This document shows positions 54,921 through 64,000 of a DNA stretch of 64,000 nucleotides, piece by piece. The notes beneath the pieces were generated by a model. It was given only the letters and a program-made list of their open reading frames with translations, ran no database searches and had not been told where the DNA came from. The translations under genes were made by a program, and so were the position numbers. How positions within the stretch are numbered: position 1 is the stretch's first letter; every line of letters starts with the position of its first letter. Source of the DNA: Octopus vulgaris (lineage: Eukaryota); contig OX597820.1 of assembly GCA_951406725.2 (NCBI GenBank), positions 10,850,001-10,914,000 on the forward strand, in the 5' to 3' direction.

Positions 54921-55314
54921 CTCTTTACTCTTTACTCTTTTACTTGTTTCAGTCATCTGACTGCGGCCATGCTGGAGCACCGCCTTTAATCGAGCAACTC
55001 AACCCCGGGACTTATTCTTTTGTAAGCCCAGTACTTATTCTATCGCTAAGTGACGGGGACATAAACACACCAGCATCGGTTGTCAAGCAATGCTAGGGGG
55101 ACAAGCACAGACACACAAACATACACACACATATATATATATACATATATACGACAGGCTTCTTTCAGTTTCCGTCTACGAAATCCACTCACAAGGCTTT
55201 GGTCGGCCCGAGGCTATAGCAGAAGACACTCCCCCAAGGTGCCACGCAGTGGGACTGAACCCTGAACCATGTGGTTGGTAGACAAGCTACTTACCACACA
55301 GCTACTCCTGCACC
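54520..55314 (-). mobile_element. Two tandem SINE A copies: headless (54520-54850) and full length (54920-55314)
   Basis: Matches to the family consensus. Confidence 0.88.
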
Positions 55315-55899
55315 TATCATATATATATATATATGTTACAAAATACACAGATTTCCATTAGAAAATAAAATGTCATTGTATACCGAAAATATCATAGGTA
55401 TTCATACACATGTGAATTGATTGGCCAACAACTTCCACAGGTTTTGTGATTACGACCATCACTTAAAGACTAAATGCTTTCAGGTTCGATCTCCCTTTCG
55501 GAAGTGTCTTTCACAGCAGACGCGGGTCGACCTCTATCTTCTGGCTGGAATGTAGTTGTCGGAAACTGTGCAGAAGCCCGTCATACCTCCATGTATGGGC
55601 ATGTGTGCGTGTGTGTGCGTGTGAGTGTGTGTGTGTGTGTGTGTGCATATGTATGTAAATGTTTCCTGTGCATCAAATTATATATAACTTAGATAACTTA
55701 AATATGTTTCGACGAAAGTAGGGTAGAGGTTATGTCTAACATAATAACACCACCTGGTAGGATTAGCTAAATCCTTCTAAAGTCAAGTTTTGTGGCATAA
55801 AAACCAATTAATATTTAAGAGAAAAATTACTCCATACTTTCTAGTGGGGCACACGTTGATTGAAATTCTGCAAGAGCAAGAGTGAATATATATATACAT

Positions 55900-55930
<31 letters not shown>

Positions 55931-56018
55931 GATATATATATATGTATATATACATATATATATGTACATATATAAACACACAGACACACAAATATATATA
56001 TATAGATAGATAGACATA

Positions 56019-56054
<36 letters not shown>

Positions 56055-56081
56055 ATGCATGTATGTGTGTATATGTATATA

Positions 56082-56139
<58 letters not shown>

Positions 56140-56193
56140 TATGCATATATAAATTGATCAAAATAAAAATAAAAACATGAGGCGAAGGATTCA

Positions 56194-56271
56194 GCGGTAC
56201 ATATGTTTCGGGCCTTTATTAGACAGATTTATAACAAAGCATAATGTATGTCTGTGGCCTTCTTCAGCCGC
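56194..56271 (-). ncRNA. Type I hammerhead ribozyme motif
   Basis: gcgg-CTGAAGA-aggcc...ggccc-GAAAC-atat-GTA-ccgc. 4-bp stem I, palindromic ACATATGT stem III, GUA cleavage triplet. Confidence 0.72.
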
Positions 56272-56717
56272 GCACAACAGCTTCCACAAGGACATGTGTT
56301 ACATCAAAAATTCTTGGTTGGGGATGCAAATCCTCTCGTTCACGTACGACATAATGCGGCAGCAGCATAGAATTGAAGCGTCCATCTCTTTCTTCTCTCA
56401 ATGTAGAATGAGGAAACTTGGATGTTGAGGTAATGTAAATAAATAAATACGTATATAGAGGTGAAGATGGAGGGGCGAGAGTTCGGGACAAGGGATAAAA
56501 AATATATATAAAAAATGTACGTATAGAATAATATAAAAATGTAGAGGATAAAGATATAAAGAGTTGTAAGGAGATGTAAAGGGGGTATAAAGAAATATAA
56601 AGAAATATAAATAAATGTAAAGGCATAAGGTTGTAAAGTAAAAATAGAAATGGAAATAATAGTAAAAGAAGTAAAAGATATATGTATATCTAAACAGCCG
56701 TTCGTATCTATAGGTCC

Positions 56718-56813
<96 letters not shown>
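56718..56813. repeat. (GATA)n microsatellite
   Basis: Directly visible. Confidence 0.97.
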
Positions 56814-56814
<1 letters not shown>

Positions 56815-57228
56815 ATTTCAAGTACTGACAGACGTAGATATTTCTCTGTGACTGTCTCTATTGACAGATCGGTTAAGATATGTATAAACACACGATCTTG
56901 TTTCCGCTTTGTTTTGTCATTGGGAATATTTTGAATTGCAAATACGCTTCCCACACACCATCGCTAATATTTCATCCAAGACTTATCTCTGTGTATTATA
57001 ATTCCTATTCATAACAAATTTACAATTCAGTTTATTAGACAACACACATCAGCTTTATCTACTAAGTCTCTTATCATTCAAGTGAACAACATAATTTAGT
57101 GTCTTAATCTTGTAGGCTCTATTTTGTCTTCCTAATTGATTGACAACAGATCATATCATATCACATCATGTCATATCATATCACATCCTAACATATCATG
57201 TCACGTGAATATATATAAATATATATGC

Positions 57229-57259
<31 letters not shown>

Positions 57260-57491
57260 TGTATGTATGTATATACCATCATATATATATGTATAATATA
57301 TATATATATATCAAAATAAGCAACAAGGATATCCAGAGGTAATGCTGTACGATCGTTTCATGTAACTCCATTTAATTGAACAGTGCAATCATTACCTCGA
57401 TTTAAAATGCAGAGCAGACTTCAGGTGCACAAAGACAGAATTTAATTAAATTAGAACAGATGAACACATTAGTATGATTATACCTAAAGGA

Positions 57492-57558
<67 letters not shown>

Positions 57559-57782
57559 TGTGTGTGTGTAAAGTGATGGCTTGTTGCCAACTTAATATGG
57601 CAGTCCCAGGAAAGGGTAGAATGCTACTGTGGTTTTTTAGCCCCAAGCAATACGGTTTCTAGTTGGCTACGCGACACAAGCGTTCTGTGTCCTTACGTTT
57701 TCAAACAAGGGAGATAAGCACCTCCACCCAACAAAGCCAGCAGTCAGAGACTACTTTCACCTGTCTGTAGTAGCTTCGCCTG

Positions 57783-57849
<67 letters not shown>

Positions 57850-59014
57850 CATTTTCCCACTTCTCTATCATTTTCTGATAATTACTTCACTTGTTGTGAG
57901 TGAAAAGTGGAGAGTGACATAACTCTGAACTGAAAGACGAAAAAAATTTGTTTTACCCCGTTTAACATATTTAGACTTAAATTCAAATCATTTTGAATTA
58001 TCTATGTAACAATCATCTTCTTTTCTCTCACTCTGCTCAACATTACACTCAGATATTTTATGCGAAATTTTCTTCAATACACTTCATATGATTACATATA
58101 TTTAGTCAACGTATTTTACATTAAAAATTAATAAACCCTTTCTCTCCGTCACTCTGTCTTCTTTTCTTCCTTTCTTCCTTTCTCTCTCTCTCTTTCTTTC
58201 TTCATCTCCATCTCTTTCCCTCTGCCCCTCTCTCTACCTCGCTCCCTCTCAATCTCTCTTTATATCTATGTATACGCATGTGTGTGTATGCATATGTGTC
58301 TGTACATATACATATGTATGTATTTATCCAGTATCATGCACACTTGAGGGCATTACCTTAATTAGGGATCCACTAACCAATAACATCCTTGATGGTTTTC
58401 CCTAATTGACTTTTTAATCAAACATATATATACTTAACAAGTATATATATAATCGAGAACGATTAATTTAATTACTTCCAAATTAAAATCTTGTTAGTTC
58501 TTTGTATTTATCCAAATAAAACTATTCTCTAATGATATTCTATAATTACAAGAACTTACAACAGTTCTCTCGGTCTATTACATTGATAAAAAAACAAAAA
58601 CAATCATATACTTGATAAAAATAACAATTTATTAAATTACTTCGTATTTGCTCTTAATGAAAACTTGTACATATAAAACCTATAATTATTCAATTTCGTA
58701 TACACTTAAATATATACATCAATTCTGTGTTCATTTACTTCCTGTGTCTGAGCGGTATTTTTCTTCAATGATGTTAATAGCTAACAATTTCTTAATTTGG
58801 ATAAGAAAGATTACATGAATCACATTCAACACTCACGTTTTTAATTGCTCTTTTGTTTTTCTCTCTTTTGATTTTCTCGTTTTTTGTAAACGATACACAG
58901 AAGTGAGCGGAGAACGTTAGCTGTTAATAAAATAGCATCGATATGAGTGATGGGTAAAGGAGGGAACTTGACCCCTGGCATTAGACAGCACGCACGGTAT
59001 AATCTTCGTCAGGG

Positions 59015-59179
59015 CAGTGGTTCCCAGCCCGTGGTCCGCGGAACCCTGGTGGTCCGCAATGGAGGTACTGGTGGCCCCTGAATATGTTAAGCTGACAGAC
59101 CTTTCATTATCCTGGTGTCCGTAGGAAAACTCATTTAAATAAAAGGGATCCTTGGTGGTGAAATGGTTGGGAACCACCG
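59015..59179. mobile_element. hAT (Charlie-like) MITE, old
   Basis: TIRs cagtggttcccagcc / ggttgggaaccaccg. Confidence 0.7.
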
Positions 59180-59330
59180 AATTAGAGGAACGCATGGTGT
59201 CATGGGTTTTAATACGAAAAGTATTTATACCTATGTTCATTGTATGGATGATTATATAAATACAAACACACACACACCACACGCATAGCTTACAAACACA
59301 CAGCACATACAAACATATATATATATATAT

Positions 59331-59684
59331 ATAGTAATGTTTATATGCCAACAGAATTGTGGCAGTCCTATGAAGGACGATGTTACTATTGTTTTAGCCC
59401 TAGGAAAACATCTTTTCCAGCAGGTTACGACAAACAGTTTATGTCCTTATAGCATTTCCAAGGGAGGTCATCGTTCCCATCCCTAGATTTACGTGAAACT
59501 CACAGACCTAGGTTTCTGGAAGTTATCCGTCCGCAGTGTGAGACAAACATAAGCTGATCTCGTATAGAGATAAAAAATTTGCTTTAAATCTCTCAGCGAG
59601 AGATATACAGTAAAAGTACCGGATAGTAATGCTTATATGCCAACAGAATGTGGCAGTCCCGTGAAGGACGATGTTACTGTTGCT
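59331..59684. mobile_element. Repeat family E copy, circularly permuted, with about 60 bp terminal redundancy
   Basis: atagtaatg.ttatatgccaacagaat.gtggcagtcc at 59331 and 59623. Confidence 0.65.
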
Positions 59685-60019
59685 TATATCTATCACATAT
59701 AAACTAATTAGTTGTGAATTTTTAAGTGTTAATTCCGTAATTCAAACACTTTAGATTTGAATTCAAATCCCGTCATTGTCAATTTTGCCTTTCATCCTTT
59801 CAGGGTCACCAATGTACAATAACAGTCAAGTCCTGAGGTTGGATTGACTTACTTCCTTCCTTCAAAATTACTGGCCTTGTGTGAAAATTTGTAAACATGA
59901 ATGACGTAATTATATGAATTATGATATTTTCATTCTCGCCACTGAAACAGCTGCAGAGCAGATTTAAATGATGAATCATCAGTGAAAAATTTGCCCCTTG
60001 CTTTTTACTATTTTCTGTC

Positions 60020-60061
<42 letters not shown>

Positions 60062-60085
60062 AACATCATCTCTTACATTGTGTGT

Positions 60086-60135
<50 letters not shown>

Positions 60136-60174
60136 ATGTATATCTATGTATGTATATGTGTATTTGTATGTGTG

Positions 60175-60385
60175 GTTGTGTGTCTGTGTTTGTCCCCCCA
60201 CCATCGCTTGACACCTGATTTTGGTGTGTTTACGTCCCCGTAACTTAGCGGTTCGGTAAAAAAAGGCCGATAGGATAAGTACTAAGCTTACAAAGAAAAA
60301 GTCCTGGGGGTCAATTTGCTCGGCTAAAGGCGGTGCTCTAGCATGGCCGCAGTCAAAAGCAAGTAAAAGAATAAAAAGAAGAAAA
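60175..60385 (+). mobile_element. SINE family A 3' half
   Basis: Matches the family consensus. Confidence 0.85.
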
Positions 60386-60403
60386 GAATATACATATTTA
60401 AAA

Positions 60404-60461
<58 letters not shown>

Positions 60462-61491
60462 CACAGAGAAAGAGAGATGGGAGAAGCGAGAGTATGCGTG
60501 TCTTTAGGTATTTCATTTTAGGCCTCATATTCACATCAAATATGCGGCGGCAACTGTAGTTGTGAACACAGGGTATAAGTGAGTTCATTTATAGGTGTTA
60601 ACACTTTGACCACGTATTTACCTTTCAATCTCAGACACAATTATATACCTACACACTAATATTTACTTACCAGGTGAAAGTATATATGTATGTGTATCAA
60701 TAATTCTAACGAATACAATCGTTAATACCACCACAATTCTAGTCAAACAGAAACGACATCGATTTCTCGGTAGATTTATTCCAGTCGCATCGCTAATATT
60801 TTTAGAAAAGACAAAATAGACAAACAGCCCCAAATTCCTTCTTTCTCTTGGAATCAATAAAGATAATTCCGCATTGACAGATACCAAGTGTTAGGAAAAG
60901 TCAGACAATTTTCGATTTTATTCATCTAATACATATATATTGATTCATGATTTTTTCTGCCGAGCTATCAATAAAGTTTTATTTTCCAAAAGTGTACTGC
61001 GTCACTCTGTCAAACTCTTCTACGTTCACCATTCTTTTAATTAATTCACTCGCGTTATGGTTTTGAATAAGAGAAGCGTTTTGGTTTCAACTACGTTCAT
61101 CGGTTGAAAGTAGGTCTTTTAGTCATAAGTCCTGTCATCCAGCGTCATCCCGGATTTGGTATAACAGACCAATGTTCACGTTGCAGAAAGCTTTAAAGCC
61201 TAATTGATATTCTATATAATTGGTGGTCTCCTTCCATGATCTCGTTTCCTCCCCTGAAAGCAGTCTGAGTATATTACCCTCATCTGTTTAAACATAAGGA
61301 AAGCATTTAGAATAACAGAAAAGAAAACATAAATCTCTGGCATATCTTGTATCACCAGGCATTGTTTGAAAGGAACACAATTTAGGGTATGGTCCTTTAA
61401 ATTTATATGAATTTATCGATTTGAGTTATGAAGTGGGAAATAAGTTCGCTACCAAAACAGACGGAATTAGTTGATTTCTTAAGTTAAAACA

Positions 61492-61903
61492 TATTTCTTT
61501 ACTACCCACAAGGGGCTAAACATAGAGGAGACAAACAAGGACAGACAAAGGGATTAAGTCGATTATATTAATCCCAGTGCGTAACTGGTGCTTATTTAAT
61601 CGACCCCGAAAGGATGAAAGGAAAAGTCGACCTTGGCGGAATTTGAACTCAGAACATAACGGCAGACGAAATACCTATTTCTTTACTACACACAGGGGGA
61701 TAAACACAGAGGGGACAAACAAAGACAGACAAACGGATTAAGTCCATTACATCGACCCCAGTGCGTAACTGGTACTTAATTTCTCGACCCCGAAAGGATG
61801 AAAAGAAAAGTCGACCTCGGCGGAATTTGAACTCAGAACGTAGCGGCAGACAAAATACCGCTAAGCATTTTGCCTGGCGCGCTAACGTTTCTGCCAGCTC
61901 GCT
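61492..61903 (-). mobile_element. SINE family B dimer
   Basis: Two units of about 185 bp under a single head. Confidence 0.9.
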
Positions 61904-62576
61904 CCAAAACTGAAATGTTCCAATGAAAGCGAGTGATCTCACCAGGGCACTAACTTATACCCAAGAAACGTATCGGGCAAAAATATTCAGGGAAATAAAA
62001 GAGGAGAATATCAATGTTTTTAATTTCGTGTTTAGCTGTCTCATAGTTGGTACATCAAGCAAATTTACTCAGATGTAATCCGAATAGAACTGATGCAAAA
62101 ATTAGCATTTAGCTGACTTTCTATGAGTGTACATATCTAGATAATAGTGATAGAGGGAGTTTAAATTTGCAACTCTGAGCAGTATGAAAGGAGTGAGATA
62201 GTTCGGGATAAATTTGTTTATTGAAGTCGAAAACGACGAACTATTTAACTAACAGTAAAATTAAATATATGTCTTCAATGCGTCAGAAGATACACTGGAA
62301 CAGCTGTTGTTGGTTGAACATTGAAATGTGATACAAACAAATTACAAATGAACAGACTCTTCCAGATAGAGTACCTTAGCTCCAAACGTCGGAACGAGAG
62401 AAATTAGTGCCTGGAAACGTTACCATAAGTGGTAGATGTCAAACAGTGTGACATAAAAAAACACTTGCAGGTTTATAGTGTAAGGGGTCAGATTAGTGAA
62501 AGACAAGTATGATATAGATAGGTGAGGTTGGGACGACGTTCATAGAGGTTGATGTAGAATAGAAACTACGGAAGAC

Positions 62577-63178
62577 TAAGGCAGCGACCTGGCAGAAACG
62601 TTAGCACGCCGGGCGCAATAGCGGTATTTTGTCTGTCGCTACGTTCTGAGTTTAAATTCCACCGAGGTCGACTTTGCCTTTCATTCTTTCGGGGTCGATA
62701 AATTAAGTACCAGTTACGTACTGGGGTCGATGTAATCGACTTAATCCGTTTGTCTGTCCTTGTTTGTCCCCTCTATGTTTAGCCCCTTGTGAGTAGTAAA
62801 GAAATAGAAATAGGTATTTCGCCTGCAGCTACGTTTGATTTTAAATTCCACCGAGGTCGACTTTTCCTTTCATCCTTTCGGGGTCGATTAAATAAGTACC
62901 AGTTACGCACTGGGGTCGATATAATCGACTTAATCCGTTTGTCCTTGTTTGTCCTCTCTGTGTTTCGTCCCTTGTGGGTAGTAAAAAATAGGTATCCTGT
63001 CTGCCGCTACATTCTAAGTTCAAATTCCGCCGAGGTCGACTTTGCCTTTCATCCTTTCGGGGTTGATAAATTAAGTATCAGCTACGCACTGAGGTCGATG
63101 TAATCGGCTTAATCCGTCCGTCTGTCTGTCCTTGTTTGTCCCCTCTATGTTTAGCCCCTTGTGGGCAATAAATTAATG
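62577..63178 (+). mobile_element. SINE family B trimer within one 16-bp TSD
   Basis: agaaactacggaagac at 62561-62576 and 63179-63194. Confidence 0.92.
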
Positions 63179-63826
63179 AGAAACTACGGAAGACAATATA
63201 AGAACATAAGCAAATAGACTCTCTTATATAAAAGTTATATAGGTGACAACAAACAGCTAAATTAGAGGTAAATGTCAGAAGGACTTATATATTTTTTACG
63301 AGAAAGTGGAAGAGACAATGCTAACACGTTAATTGCCCGAGTATTTGGTAACATCGGTCAATATACTAAATTATACAGTAGTAGACGTGTGCAATATACA
63401 AAGTAAAAGATTAAAATTGTCTTCGACGCCACCTGCATGGCGATTAGTTATGTGTGTGAAAACGGATTTAATCAGTCAAATATTAAACAACTAGAATTTA
63501 TCCTCGTATGCCAAACACGTCCGACGTCTACCATACTTCAGGATAAAAAAAAATCCTGCAAGACTTTAATCAGAGAAAATAATTTTGGCTTTCAGAACAT
63601 GTATGTAAATTTACTTTAGCTATTTAATATTGTAATTATTTAATATAGTACTTATTTAATATGCTTGCGAATACATAACTGTTGACTAATCATCATGCGG
63701 ACGGCGTCAAGAGACAAATTCAATGTCACATTTTAACTTAATTGTAAATCAAGGAGAGTTTTGGTTTAAACCCTTGGTCAGCTCTAAATCAGACTTGTGA
63801 CCACATTCATGCCAGTCGTGTTTCTG

Positions 63827-64000
63827 TATTACCCACAAGGGGCTAAACACAAAGGATCAAACAAGGACAGACAAACGGATTAAGTCGATTACATCGACCC
63901 CAGTGCGTAACTGGTACTTATTTAATCGACCCCGAAAGGATGAAAGGCAAAGTCGACCTCGGCGGAATTTGAACTCAGAACGGTACGGCAGACGAAATAC
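63827..64000 (-). mobile_element. SINE family B, runs off the window end
   Basis: Matches the family consensus. Confidence 0.88.

Noticed and set aside
60663-60887. Minus-strand exon ending at a strong donor (CTG|GTAAGT near 60670); similar isolated donors near 47440 and 47655
   Set aside because: No acceptor or promoter could be defined and there is no protein similarity. A lone donor motif is insufficient.

Overview
Eukaryotic (metazoan) non-coding DNA: AT-rich and saturated with microsatellites ((TA)n, (CA)n, (TATG)n, (TCTA)n, (TAA)n, (TTC)n) and interspersed repeats. The SINE families and repeat load point to an octopod cephalopod (Octopus-like); this is inferred from recall, not a search. 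No intact host gene can be proven, and almost all ORFs in the track are microsatellite artefacts. Supported content: (1) four tRNA-derived SINE families (labelled A-D here) with swapped heads and tails, nesting, multimers and clear target-site duplications (TSDs); (2) two CR1-like LINE 3' ends sharing their terminus with SINE A; (3) two R4/Dong-like RLE retrotransposon 3' ends stacked in a (TAA)n tract; (4) a full-length decayed rosa/DD41D-like Tc1/mariner, a fold-back mariner MITE, and hAT, pogo-like and Kolobok-like MITEs; (5) a decayed Helitron PIF1 helicase; (6) many Penelope-like element (PLE) remnants carrying about a dozen minimal type I hammerhead ribozyme motifs, often as inverted or partial-tandem ends. 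The most interesting item is a PLE end built as GIY-YIG C-terminus, tRNA-like Pol III A/B boxes, (AAT)n, then hammerhead; it also occurs as an inverted pair. A tentative phase-consistent + strand spliced (pseudo)gene lies at 199-15069. All calls were made by eye; no database search was run.
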